Shown piece after piece: positions 9,262 to 18,756 of a stretch of 64,000 nt of DNA (positions are counted from its first letter, which is position 1; every line of letters begins with the position of its first letter). The DNA lies in the NCBI GenBank assembly GCA_965197545.1, contig CBDANJ010000005.1:3311-67310 (forward strand), given 5' to 3'. Source of the stretch: Dehalococcoidia bacterium. GTDB lineage: Bacteria > Chloroflexota > Dehalococcoidia > Lucifugimonadales > UBA3495. A program made the position numbers and the translations under genes. A model generated the notes under the pieces. The model was not told the DNA's origin, made no database searches, and saw only the letters and a list, made by a program, of their open reading frames with translations.

Positions 9262-11579
9262 ATCTCTCCGGCCTCCTTTGCTCTCCAATAAGAATGATCC
9301 AGGGGAAGGTAATGAGGTTTGAGATAAACCCTCCGGGGTTCCAGCGATTGCGCTCCGTCATAGGGCAAGCAAATGGCTTGACAGTTTCCAAGCAAGGTGA
9401 AGTCTCGCGGGTGAAAGACGGCCTCCCGGCGCTCCTGGAAAGACTTGGTTGCGCCGATGCTTCCGCCCGATCCACCGGCTCGGCCCGATAGCGGGGACAC
9501 GCCCGCCCGCTTCGAGGTCTCGCTGATCGTGTACGATCCTTTGATCTTGGCAACCTGCCCGCACAATTCCGATGCGATCTTGGCGGATGCGTCGTCGCTC
9601 AAGGATAGAAAGATCCGGGTGCGGAGTGTCTGCAAGAGCGCCCGCCACGCCTCCGAACTGCCCAGCACGGCCCGCAATGAGGATATGGATTGGGTCGCAA
9701 CAATCGGGATGCACCGGCATTGCCGCGTTAAGGCAAAGGATTTCTCATCGCCGGTCGGATCGTCCTCACCTACCGACGCGAACGCTTGATATTCATCACA
9801 GATAAAGACGGCTGGCCGAAAGTAGTCCGTGGGGGATTCTTTCATCTGCGCCGGGCGCATAAGCAGGGCTTGAAGCCATGCGTTTTTGAGCATCACGCCG
9901 ATGGCGCGGGCCAGCGCCGGGTTGCTCCCGGCTGGCATATTCAAGGCCAGCACCTTGCCGCCCTCGATCAATTCATAGAGCGGCGGTAAGTAGCGCGGCC
10001 TGGAAGCAATGGTATCTGCGGGCCATTGCCGGGATTCCTGGGGCTTGCCGTCGCCGCTGTCCTCCCCCTGGCCCTGGGCCTGGGTCTTCGCTTTGGCCTT
10101 CTTCTCGGCCAGCATCGCGGCCCTGGCCTTCGGGCCGATGCGCTTGGGATCGTCGGACACTTCCGGCGCGGGCGGGCAAAACACCGCCGCCACGTCCGGC
10201 ATATCGAACATCGAGAGGAAGACCGAAACGCCCTCGACAATCGAGGATTTGATTTTGTTGTCCAGCTTTTGCCAGTCGTTCTCAAACCACCGCTTCACAG
10301 CGGCCACCCGCTCTCGCACATCGTCACCGGCTCCGGGCTCCCAAACAATACGGGGTTGGATCTCCAATTTCTTTAGTTTCTGCTCCAATTCCAGGCTCCA
10401 TTCGGCCCGCATTTCCTTCCCGCTTTCTCCCCGCACCGCCACCCATTGCCACTCTCCAACCTCCACCATTTTCTCGTCCCACTTCTGGAACGGAATAAAA
10501 ACCTCCCCGGTGTTTAGCTCTGCGCTCCACGCCTCGGCCTGTTTGATTTTGGCCGTGAAAAGATCCGGGTCAATCGCGCATTGATAGACCTGCTGCAATG
10601 TCACCCACTGCTCCGGTAGCACCCGGTGAAGCTCGATGATCCAGCGCACCAGATTGGTATAGGCTTGCTGCCAGAACGGTTCCTTGCCCTTTCCGAAAAG
10701 CTGATTCAAAAGGCTGGAAACGGTGTAGGCCAGCGAGTATGAATCGAGCCACCAAGCCGAGAGCGGGTTCCATTTCCAGAGGCCGCCCATTCCAAGCTCC
10801 AGGTAGTCGGCTCCCCGGCCCGCGTCGTCCAGGATCGAGCGAATGTCATGGCAAAAATCTCCCTTCACTTCGAGCATGAGCGCCGCCGCCCGCTTCTCCG
10901 GATCGTCCGCTTGCCAGCCGAGTAGTTGCTTGGCGAAGGGGTGCATGCAGGCCGAAGTTTTGCCGCTCCCCACCGCTCCGAAAATGGCAATGCCGGTGTA
11001 CAGTCCGCGCTCCGGGATGGTCAGCCATTCGGGGTTGAAAATCTCCCTGGCTTCGACCGGATGATGCACTTCACCGATGACGATTTCCGGGCCGGGCTGA
11101 TCCGGGGAAAGCGGCCAAGCGGGGAGCGCCCCAAAGGGAATTAAATCGCGCTTTCGCGCCTCAATCCAAACCTTCCAAACGGAGAGGGCAATAGATCCGG
11201 CCAGCATCACCGCCACCAGCGGAGAAAGGTAGTACCAAACCACAACGGCGCTATAAAAATTCGGGTTGTGATACTCCAAAAGATCGAGCAAAGGGACCGT
11301 CTCAAGCGCCGGAAAAGGACGCCGGACAAAGCTCCAAACGGCGAACCAAGCCCCCCCGAAAAAGAGGATCACGGTGGGGGGAATTGCCAGGAAAATCTGA
11401 CCGGCGCGGACGCCGTACCGGACCCATTCACCCACCAAAAAGGCCGCGCCGTTGAAGATTTCCCAGCCGATATAGGCCGTCACGCGGACGGGGTTTTTCC
11501 AGTTCATCGGCCCGGCCTCCCGGCGCCAAAACCGGCTCAAGGCCGTGGTCAGTGTCCGATAGTTCTTCCGCAATTCCAT
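9258..11579 (-). CDS. traG: type IV secretion coupling protein (TraG/VirD4/TraD family)
   Basis: N-terminal TM segments, Walker A GAVGSGKTS, and C-terminal VFICDEYQAFASVG..ALTRQCRCIPIVATQS. The start was chosen at MELRKNY (GGAGAA RBS) rather than the track start. Confidence 0.85.
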   Translation of the reverse strand: MELRKNYRTLTTALSRFWRREAGPMNWKNPVRVTAYIGWEIFNGAAFLVGEWVRYGVRAGQIFLAIPPTVILFFGGAWFAVWSFVRRPFPALETVPLLDLLEYHNPNFYSAVVVWYYLSPLVAVMLAGSIALSVWKVWIEARKRDLIPFGALPAWPLSPDQPGPEIVIGEVHHPVEAREIFNPEWLTIPERGLYTGIAIFGAVGSGKTSACMHPFAKQLLGWQADDPEKRAAALMLEVKGDFCHDIRSILDDAGRGADYLELGMGGLWKWNPLSAWWLDSYSLAYTVSSLLNQLFGKGKEPFWQQAYTNLVRWIIELHRVLPEQWVTLQQVYQCAIDPDLFTAKIKQAEAWSAELNTGEVFIPFQKWDEKMVEVGEWQWVAVRGESGKEMRAEWSLELEQKLKKLEIQPRIVWEPGAGDDVRERVAAVKRWFENDWQKLDNKIKSSIVEGVSVFLSMFDMPDVAAVFCPPAPEVSDDPKRIGPKARAAMLAEKKAKAKTQAQGQGEDSGDGKPQESRQWPADTIASRPRYLPPLYELIEGGKVLALNMPAGSNPALARAIGVMLKNAWLQALLMRPAQMKESPTDYFRPAVFICDEYQAFASVGEDDPTGDEKSFALTRQCRCIPIVATQSISSLRAVLGSSEAWRALLQTLRTRIFLSLSDDASAKIASELCGQVAKIKGSYTISETSKRAGVSPLSGRAGGSGGSIGATKSFQERREAVFHPRDFTLLGNCQAICLPYDGAQSLEPRRVYLKPHYLPLDHSYWRAKEAGEI

Positions 11580-11652
11580 AGGCCCATTCTCCGCTTGATC
11601 TGCGCCGCCGTGAGGCGTCTTTTCCGAGCCTTCCCGCAGGGATAAATACCGG

Positions 11653-11747
11653 CGATAGCGACCCCCTGGGGCCGGTGTAAGGGCCTGTCCCACAGGGCAG
11701 CTACACGGGGCCAGTAGGAACCCCCGTTTCGGGGGGGGTCGCTATCG
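11653..11747. repeat. same GC-rich inverted repeat as 1576..1617, with about 67 nt inserted in the loop (copy 2)
   Basis: Arms CGATAGCGACCCCC (11653-11666) and GGGGGTCGCTATCG (11734-11747). Same upstream flank CTTCCCGCAGGGATAAATACCG. Confidence 0.6.
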
Positions 11748-11835
11748 TCTCCCCGAATTTTTCTGTATCAGCACGCGGGAAGCCGATTAGTAGGGACAAA
11801 CCACAGAAAACAAAAGAGTTCAAGGAAAGTTGGGT

Positions 11836-11912
11836 TGTCCCGCCCCCACGCTTTTTTATGCCCCACCCCCCCCTTTGTCCCTGGGGCAAAAAATAAGCGG
11901 TCCTTTGGGGCA
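11836..11912. promoter_or_regulatory. four-site array around the C8-TTTGTCCC core (copy 2)
   Basis: TGTCCCG at 11836; TGCCCCA at 11859; core CCCCCCCCTTTGTCCC at 11866-11881; TGGGGCA at 11882 and 11906. Confidence 0.6.
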
Positions 11913-11937
11913 TGAAAAACCCCCCGGATTTGGCCCC

Positions 11938-12957
11938 TCAAACCGGCTCCGAAAACCGGGTTGCCCGAAACGTCGAATAGCCGTCAATCGAGACCCCTTT
12001 CGTAAGCTCCGCTTCGGGAAGTGTCATGAGTTCCTTGTACCGCTCCACCGCGCCTTGCATCCCTCCGTACTGGCTCATAAATTCCTCGTCGTCGCTGTGA
12101 AGTGCCTCTCTAATCGCGTTAATCTCCTGCTTCACCGTCACCCCTTCGATCACCTTTCCCGGCTCCGCCGCCGCCCAAAGCTGTAGCATCCGATCCGCCC
12201 GCAAAACCGCATCCAGTTCCGCGCCGATGGCGATCACTTCCACCCGCCGCCCCTTGGCGCGGATCGCATCCCAAAGCGGTCCATGCGCCGCTCCCCATGA
12301 GTTGAGTTCGCCGGTGCTCTCCCGGCCCGGATCGACATAAGCGACGGTGACAGTTTGAGCGCCACCGGCAACAGGCAGCTTGAGCGCAAAGTAGCGATTC
12401 TTCGCGCCATCGTATCCGTAGTAAATCCGGCGGGGAACCAAGCGGGAAGAAATGCCGAGCCCTTCAAAAAAATCGACCTTCTCCGCCTCGGTGGGAAGCC
12501 AGTTCAACCCCGGATGTTCCAGGACAAAATCAAGCGACAGGAGCCGCCGCATCAGAACAGAGTTCCGGGCCTTCCGCCGATGCCGGGTATTCTCGACACC
12601 GAGCGCCCGGTAGATCGCCATGTTCGAAATCCGGCACAATCGAGCGCCACCGGGAAACATCATCGAATCCCCTTCGATGCCCGCCCGCCGCGCCACCAAT
12701 GCCCTGACAACCCGGAGAGCCTGTTTTCGATCCGTGTTGAAGTAGTGACAAAATTGAGGCCGGATAAAAACCCCGCTATGGAGACAGACAAGCGCGATCC
12801 ATTCCGCCTCCCGTCCCGTCCAGCCAAGCGGTTCCAGCGCTCTCTCTCGCCCGCGCAAGTGCTCGATCATGGCTCGCCCAATGGTCCCCTTTCCCCTCGC
12901 CTTCGATTCTGCCAGATCGGTCCTCGCCGTCAAGGGTCCGCCGGGGCTCGCTTCCAC
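11938..12957 (-). CDS. family-X protein (339 aa), directly upstream of traG
   Basis: ORF track. Paralog of 1864..2856. The C-terminal third is divergent. Confidence 0.55.
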   Translation of the reverse strand: MEASPGGPLTARTDLAESKARGKGTIGRAMIEHLRGRERALEPLGWTGREAEWIALVCLHSGVFIRPQFCHYFNTDRKQALRVVRALVARRAGIEGDSMMFPGGARLCRISNMAIYRALGVENTRHRRKARNSVLMRRLLSLDFVLEHPGLNWLPTEAEKVDFFEGLGISSRLVPRRIYYGYDGAKNRYFALKLPVAGGAQTVTVAYVDPGRESTGELNSWGAAHGPLWDAIRAKGRRVEVIAIGAELDAVLRADRMLQLWAAAEPGKVIEGVTVKQEINAIREALHSDDEEFMSQYGGMQGAVERYKELMTLPEAELTKGVSIDGYSTFRATRFSEPV

Positions 12958-13083
12958 TCATCGACATAAGCCCGCAGCACGGGCACGCATTTCGTTCCAG
13001 GACAGGTGAATAGCCTAAAGGCCTTCCATGTCGAACATGTCGAAATAATCCTCGGACTGCCGTAGCCGGTGATGGCGGCTATA

Positions 13084-13104
13084 GTGTAACATTAAATGTT
13101 ACAC
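13084..13104. promoter_or_regulatory. 21-bp perfect palindrome, likely HigA operator
   Basis: GTGTAACATTAAATGTTACAC ends 8 nt before the higB start codon (13113). Confidence 0.5.
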
Positions 13105-13112
13105 TTCCTTTT

Positions 13113-13392
13113 ATGATCAAGGGGTTCGCTTCTAAGGTCCTTAGGAGGGCGTTTGAAGATGGAAACTACCGGAGGATCAACCCTCAATGGAGGGCCAGGG
13201 TTGAACTTCTTCTGGACGCATTGGCCGCAGCAGAGAAGGCGGAAGACTTGAGCCTCCTGACGCTCGGCACCCCCCCCCGCTGAAGGGCAACCGAAAGGGT
13301 GAGTGGGGAATGACCGTGACGAAGAACTGGAGGATTACCTTCAGATTCGAGGCGGGAGACGCCGTCGAGGTAGACCTGGAAGATTATCGCTA
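13113..13392 (+). pseudogene. higB: HigB-like toxin interrupted by a frameshift in a C9 run
   Basis: Frame 1 gives MIKGFASKVLRRAFEDGNYRRINPQWRARVELLLDALAAAEKAEDLSLLTLGTPPR*. The next frame gives ..PPPLKGNRKGEWGMTVTKNWRITFRFEAGDAVEVDLEDYR*. The switch lies inside CCCCCCCCC at 13270-13278. Confidence 0.7.
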
Positions 13393-13408
13393 GAACGGAG
13401 GGCTGGAC

Positions 13409-13711
13409 ATGGCTAGAAATCTGGAGAGGCGCCCGACGCATCCAGGCAGGTTGCTACGGAGCGAGATCGAGGCTCGGGAACTCAATCAGGGGCAGGTGGC
13501 GGATCTTGTCGGTGTCGGGCGCAGGACCATTAACGAGATTTGCCAAGGACTAAGACCGATGAGCACCGACATGGCGCACCGGATCGGGAAGCTCTTTGGC
13601 AACGGTCCGACGCTCTGGGTCAACATGCAGAAGGCGGTTGACATGTGGGACGCTGAGCGCGAGCACTCGACAGACTATGCAAAGATTCAGACCTTGGAGA
13701 TAGACAGATAA
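13409..13711 (+). CDS. higA: HigA-family antitoxin (XRE HTH)
   Basis: THPGRLLRSEIEARELNQGQVADLVGVGRRTINEICQGLRPMSTDMAHRIGKLFG. Confidence 0.85.
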   Translation: MARNLERRPTHPGRLLRSEIEARELNQGQVADLVGVGRRTINEICQGLRPMSTDMAHRIGKLFGNGPTLWVNMQKAVDMWDAEREHSTDYAKIQTLEIDR

Positions 13712-13719
13712 AGCTTGCC

Positions 13720-14940
13720 AGCTCAACCGGTCGATGCAACACAAGCGTTAAATCGTTCTGCCGGAGTTTCAAACTCCAGCGTCTGACGGGGCCGTTCGTT
13801 CAGCTGACGTGCCACCTTGTTCAGATGCGCCTGAGAGTGCATCGACAAGTCCGTTCCCTTGGGGAAGTACTGTCGGAGTAGACCGTTGGTGTTCTCATTC
13901 GAACCGCGCTGCCATGGACTCTGAGGATCGCAGAAGTATACATCAATGTCGGCCGCCAACGTGAACCGTCGATGCTCGGCAAGCTCCAGGCCTCGATCCC
14001 AAGTCAGAGATTTGTACAGCTCCGTCGGCAGCTTCTTCGCGTGCTTGATGAGCGCCGACACGACCGTCTCCGTTTTCTTGCTGGATACTTTCGTAAGCAT
14101 CACGTAGCGCGTATGACGTTCGACCAGAGTCGCAATGTGGCTGTTCTTCGATCCGGACAGCAGATCGCCTTCCCAATGACCGGGCACGGCACGATCTTCG
14201 ACCGAGGCCGGGCGCTCACGGATCGATACGATGCCGGTGATCTGTCCTCGTCCATGGCCTCTCAGACTTGCATGCCGGGATCGACGAATCGTCCGCTTTG
14301 ACCGTAGATGCTGCATCAGCTCTGCCTTCAGCGCACCACGGGCTTGAACAAACAGGCTGCGGTAGATGGTCTCGTGAGACACGTGATAGGACGGATCCTT
14401 CGGATAGGCTCGTTTCAGCCAGCTGGCGATCTGCTCAGGCGACCAGTTTATGCTGAGCTTTCTGGCCACTACCCGTCGTAGTGGTGGATGCTTGACCAGC
14501 TGACACCGCTTCGGACGGCGGGCCCTCTCCCAGGCTCGCTCATCGGCCTCCGCTGCTCGATAGTCATCATCGCCGCCATTCCGGCGAATCTCCCGGCTCA
14601 CCGTCGATGGTGAGCGACCCATCAACCCGGCGATGGATCGTATCGATTGATGTGCCGCAATGCCTCGAGAGATCTCTTCGCGCTCCGACAACGTCAGTGC
14701 CAAACATGAACGGCGTGGTGGCCGAGGACGGATGCCTCCGTACAAAGCAAGCTGACGGTAAACAGACGATGGCTGCTTACCAAACACTCGTCCAATCGAC
14801 TTTAGCGACTCCCCTCGTTTCCACCGGTCCCACACCTCCTCCAGTTCCGCCAGCGTGTAACCGCGACGAGCTCTTTGCTTCATCCGCATACACTCCACCT
14901 CCTCCTTTCAAGGCAAAGTGTTGCGTCGATGGGTTGAGAC
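13720..14940 (-). mobile_element. IS30-family insertion sequence
   Basis: Imperfect IRs: CTCAACCGGTCGATGCAACAC at 13722, matched by the rc of 14918-14938, CTCAACCCATCGACGCAACAC. Carries a single transposase. Confidence 0.8.
13723..14883 (-). CDS. IS30-family transposase
   Basis: HTH plus DDE region (GHWEGDLL, TLTWDRGLELA-like SLTWDRGLELAEH, RGSNENTNGLLRQYFPKG). Confidence 0.9.
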   Translation of the reverse strand: MKQRARRGYTLAELEEVWDRWKRGESLKSIGRVFGKQPSSVYRQLALYGGIRPRPPRRSCLALTLSEREEISRGIAAHQSIRSIAGLMGRSPSTVSREIRRNGGDDDYRAAEADERAWERARRPKRCQLVKHPPLRRVVARKLSINWSPEQIASWLKRAYPKDPSYHVSHETIYRSLFVQARGALKAELMQHLRSKRTIRRSRHASLRGHGRGQITGIVSIRERPASVEDRAVPGHWEGDLLSGSKNSHIATLVERHTRYVMLTKVSSKKTETVVSALIKHAKKLPTELYKSLTWDRGLELAEHRRFTLAADIDVYFCDPQSPWQRGSNENTNGLLRQYFPKGTDLSMHSQAHLNKVARQLNERPRQTLEFETPAERFNACVASTG

Positions 14941-15205
14941 CACCACACTTATCGTGCTGTAGATGGAAGCATCTGAGGGCTTCGGTTTTTCTGGTCTTTC
15001 CAGAGAGCGCGCCAACGCGTCCTCTGTGGTCTTGGTGGGGGGGCGCTATGCCAGTATCCTCGAAACTCATAAAGATTTACTCGGACATATCAATCTGCTC
15101 TGATAAATGCAGCGGTGTTAGGAATGAACCGGAAAACGGAGTAATCGGTCGAGGCTTCTACTGCCCATATGATCCAAACGGTGTCTCTTTGATGATGATC
15201 AGTAA

Positions 15206-15317
15206 GATCAAAATCGCCTGGCCGAAGCTGAACTACGCAACGGCCAAGGGGGTGCTGATCCTCTCGCCTTCGACACCGGCCATCGCGCCTCTCAATTCAG
15301 GCCAGCTAACAAGCTAA
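15206..15317 (+). pseudogene. repA: repA 3' fragment
   Basis: ..ISKIKIAWPKLNYATAKGVLILSPSTPAIAPLNSGQL* matches the RepA C-terminus. Followed by an oriV skeleton. Confidence 0.65.
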
Positions 15318-15413
15318 TTCCCCCATTCCCGGCCCGTCATCGGCCTCATTGCGCTGAGTTGGACTCTGGGGTATGCCCCCGCTCCTAAATCGTCAGAATC
15401 CGCAAAATCACGC

Positions 15414-15542
15414 ATTTCCCACAGGCTTGTGTGAATCCCGGGAGTTTTCCAGGAATAAACAGGTACACACTCAAGTAGTAAGACAAGTAGTAAGACAAGT
15501 AGTTAAAGAACAAGTAGTAGGAACGACGACTGTTGTGAATAA
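15414..15542 (+). other. oriV skeleton copy 1 (only a single iteron-like unit)
   Basis: ATTTCCCACA box; GGAATAAAC unit; four CAAGTAGT 12-15-nt repeats at 15472/15484/15496/15511; GACGAC; DnaA-box-like TGTGAATAA (rc TTATTCACA) at 15534-15542. Confidence 0.6.
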
Positions 15543-15619
15543 ACCAAACAGAACCCCAAACGGACCCAAACCAACCCCAACCGGCGAGAGGCTCACCCCT
15601 TTTTGAGAGTAAACTGGCA

Positions 15620-16725
15620 TTGGTGCATGAATCGGCGTAAGCGGGCACGCTAGCATCGGCGGAGGGTTCCGGTCCATCATGGAGATCAAGGAGGCAACGT
15701 CATGGCCGCAGGGAAGTCGAGCCGAATCAACCGCCAGTACAAGACGAAGTACAGAATCCGGAACTGGAGGGAGTACGAGCGTGGCTTCAGGAACCGCGGG
15801 GATGTCACGATCTGGCTGAGCGAGGATGCGATTGCCGCGTGGATACTACCGAAGAACGGTCTCCGCGGAGGGCAGCGTCGATACTCGAACCTCGCGATCC
15901 GGACCGCGTTGACGCTGCGGGTCGTCTTCGGCCTACCGCTTCGCCAGACGGAGGGGTTCTGGACTCGCTGCTCAGCTTGATGAGCCGCAGCGTCAAGGCC
16001 CCGGGCCCACACCACCCTCTCGCGCCGGAACCCAATTGTTGTGGTGCCGCCCCTGACCCGAGCCCACGACGGCCCGATCGACCTGATCGTTGATTCCACA
16101 GGGCTCAAGATTCTGGGTTGCGGCGAATGGAACGCGCACAAGCACAAGACATCAAAGAAACGCCGGGATTGGCGGAAGCTGCACATCGGAGTGGATGCGG
16201 AGGGGTTCATTGTGGCGGCCGAACTCACAGCGAGCAGCCGGGACGACGCCTCCACACTCCCTGATCTTCTCGCCCCGCTCGAAGTTCCCATCCGGCGTTT
16301 CACGGCGGACGGGGCCTACGACCACAGATCGGTCTACGATCGGGCCATCGCGGCCGGTACAGAGAACGTCTTGATTTTGATCCCCCCTCGTCGCTCTGCG
16401 CGCTGTCGGCGGGGCCCACCGGCGGCCCCTGGGCGCAGCGTGAAGCGTCTCTTCAGAGGATTCGCAAGGTCGGGCGACGGGAGTGGCGGAAGGAGTCGGG
16501 CTACCGACAGCAGGCGCGCGTTGAGAACAGCTTCTTCCGATACAAGTCCGTGTTCGGAGGCGGCCTGAAGGCGAGGCACAGCAAGGCGCAACGCACAGAA
16601 GCCGCGATCGGGTGTCACATCCTCAACCGGATGGCCGAGCTCGGTAGGCCATCGTCGTACGCTCTTGGTAGGTGATGGACCTGTGAGTCGGGTTCGTTGC
16701 GGGCCAGTTCCGATTCATGCATCAA
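15620..16725 (+). mobile_element. IS5-family (IS903-like) element, decayed
   Basis: IR core TGCATGAATCGG at 15624-15635, with its reverse complement at 16710-16721. About 1.1 kb. Confidence 0.65.
15702..16675 (+). pseudogene. IS5-family DDE transposase with several frameshifts
   Basis: YKTKYRIRNWREYERGFRNRGDVTIWL and LRQTEGF are in frame 0. LDSLLSLMSRSVKAP is in +1. HTTLSRR..IDLIVDSTGLKILGCGEWNAHKH is back in frame 0. The C-terminal REWRKESGYRQQARVENSFFRYK is in a third frame. Confidence 0.7.
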
Positions 16726-17112
16726 CGCCGCGCTGATGGTGTAGTCCGCGCTGATGGCGGATGAATAGTAAAATAGACCCGTGAGAAAGAAGACGACAGA
16801 GACGACAACGATCCGGGGGGCGCTGATCATGCCCTATCCATCCGCGCTCGGACCGTCAGACGAGCCCCTAACGATTGAATGGCCGGAGGGCCACTCCTAC
16901 GCCGTGGTAGCGACGGCATTCCACGGTGGGGCAGTGCTCGGCACGACGGCCACCGAGGACGAGGCATGGGAGATCTACAATCAATGGCCTAAAACTGATT
17001 GCAGGTGTGGGTGCCGGGGTATCGTCACCCGCGATGGGTTTCGCCTCAGGCGCGGTGGGAGTCCGCAAAAGATACTAGACGAATGACCATATTAACTTGA
17101 CCCGCAACACCT

Positions 17113-17310
17113 TTGCGCAGGTCCGGGGGATCAAGCAAGCAAGCAAGAAAGGAAGGGAAACCGCATGGGCGGCCCATGACCGCAGGTAAGCTCGTGCCGG
17201 AAATGAAGCAGCTTCGCAAGGATGGGCTGAGCAAGCGAGAAATCGCCAAGCACCTCGGTGTCAGTCGCCCCTCAGTGATCCGTCTGCTACGTCCCACCAA
17301 GCGCCCTTAA
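17113..17310 (+). CDS. small HTH protein resembling the C-terminal domain of a serine recombinase (possibly a remnant)
   Basis: ..GRPMTAGKLVPEMKQLRKDGLSKREIAKHLGVSRPSVIRLL follows the resolvase HTH pattern. No catalytic domain is present. Confidence 0.35.
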   Translation: MRRSGGSSKQARKEGKPHGRPMTAGKLVPEMKQLRKDGLSKREIAKHLGVSRPSVIRLLRPTKRP

Positions 17311-17502
17311 GGGTACGCGCTCGTAGATTACACGGAGGGAAGCTCTTCGCGCCTTGCTCTACAGCCTCCAAGACCGCTGGCACGAGACTATCCAGAAGCC
17401 GAAAGATCAGTTGCCCCATTGCGCTTTCCTGTGACTCGGCCCGGCCAAGGTCACATCTATCGCCACTTGTCCCTCGATGTCGGCACCATGGACGTGTAGT
17501 CA

Positions 17503-17838
17503 TTAGTTGTTTGTCAGGACGTGTCTCAGTGCTTTTTTTACCACTTCGCAATCTCGTTTCGACAACGTTCCGAGCTTGCGGACAATCAGAGTGTCATCAA
17601 GGGTGAAGAGCTTGAAGCGGACCTTGCAGGGAACGTTGAGGCCAGCTTCCCGCCAGTCCTGGATCGCCACGTCGCTCGGCCAATCGTTCCCGACTGAGGT
17701 GATCATAGCCAAGATCGATTGTTCATGAGCCCCATTGAAGTTTGCCGATGAGACGATCAAGGCCGGGCGGCGCTTGGTGGCCCGGCGATCCGTGAAAGGA
17801 AAGGGGACGACGACCACATCGAGCGACTCAAAGGTCAC
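17503..17838 (-). CDS. mazF: MazF/PemK-family toxin
   Basis: LDVVVVPFPFTDRRATKRRPALIVS...ILAMITS is the PemK signature. Overlaps the antitoxin gene. Confidence 0.85.
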   Translation of the reverse strand: MTFESLDVVVVPFPFTDRRATKRRPALIVSSANFNGAHEQSILAMITSVGNDWPSDVAIQDWREAGLNVPCKVRFKLFTLDDTLIVRKLGTLSKRDCEVVKKALRHVLTNN

Positions 17839-18052
17839 GCCACGCTTCCTCGTCTTCGGGCGAGATCCATTCGCTCAGAACCTCGGAGAGGCCTTGCAGG
17901 TAGTCGTCCTGCCCCGGTGTCACCTTGTGTACCACCAGATGATCGCCCTCGATCTCGAAAGCGATCACATCACCCTCACCCAGGTTGGCCGCCTCACGGA
18001 TGCTCTTGGGGATCGTCGTCTGCCCGCGTGCGGTGATCTTGGCGAGTTCCAT
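17828..18052 (-). CDS. mazE: AbrB/MazE/SpoVT-type antitoxin
   Basis: MELAKITARGQTTIPKSIREAANLGEGDVIAFEIEGD has a looped-hinge-helix pattern. Confidence 0.8.
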   Translation of the reverse strand: MELAKITARGQTTIPKSIREAANLGEGDVIAFEIEGDHLVVHKVTPGQDDYLQGLSEVLSEWISPEDEEAWRDL

Positions 18053-18366
18053 TTACCTACTTCACTGATATTCTGATCATACAGATAGTAAGACATAACA
18101 GAATTGAACGCAATCCCATTTTAGCTGTACTGGCTTGCGGTCTTGCTCGCACGCTTTGTAGTGATCGTCCCTGAGAAGGGGGCAAGAGCGGGACAGTTAG
18201 GACAAACTGTCCGCGAAACGACAATAGTAGGTCATGGCCTGCTCCCTTAGCCACTCGTCGTGTTTTGCGTGAAACGCAACGCACAACTTCCCTTCCTCGT
18301 TAAACCATGTGAACACTGTTTGCTTTGATTGCTCTGACGGATCAAGACCGTCTATCTATGTCGGTC

Positions 18367-18576
18367 TCACAGTTCGAGGCCGAGCTTGTCGGCCAGTTCA
18401 CGTATGGCTTGCCGAGCGTCCTTTCTTTGTTCGCCGTTATTAATCCGGTGGATGGCTTGGTCCCAGATGTGGCCGCGCTGCAGCTCGTGGACCATGTAAT
18501 CGTAGGTCTCCGGACTCATTACCACGAGGGCGGCTTCGCCGTTCTGAGTGATGGTCTCGACCGCGCCGTCTTTCAC
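18367..18576 (-). CDS. Phd/YefM-like antitoxin, probably N-terminally disrupted; no toxin seen
   Basis: VKDGAVETITQNGEAALVVMSPETYDYM fits Phd/YefM. A Phd-like N-terminus (VASIREAHRFHQEVLERS, from 18640) sits in another frame, suggesting a frameshift near 18585. Confidence 0.4.
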   Translation of the reverse strand: MKDGAVETITQNGEAALVVMSPETYDYMVHELQRGHIWDQAIHRINNGEQRKDARQAIRELADKLGLEL

Positions 18577-18689
18577 TCTGGCCAGATGATCGCTCCAGGA
18601 CCTCTTGGTGAAACCGGTGCGCTTCCCTGATAGAGGCCACGCACTACCTTCAGCCTGTCGTGAATGCCCACATGGCTTGCCCTCAAATT

Positions 18690-18756
18690 TTCAAACATCC
18701 AAACTTTCAAAAGTTTATATACTCAAACACTCGGACTTTTGGTATAATCGCAGGCA
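18690..18756 (+). promoter_or_regulatory. parA promoter/operator copy
   Basis: Extended -10 TGGTATAAT at 18740-18748, only 8 nt before the GTG start. Palindrome AAACTT-TCAA-AAGTTT. Same sequence in reverse at 28938..29010. Confidence 0.5.

Noticed and set aside
18100-18366. Search for a toxin partner downstream of the Phd-like antitoxin (a frame reading ..TVFTWFNEEGKLCVAFHAKHDEWLREQ..).
   Set aside because: It has no start codon, is short, and shows no match to the RelE/ParE/YoeB/Doc signatures that I can recognise.
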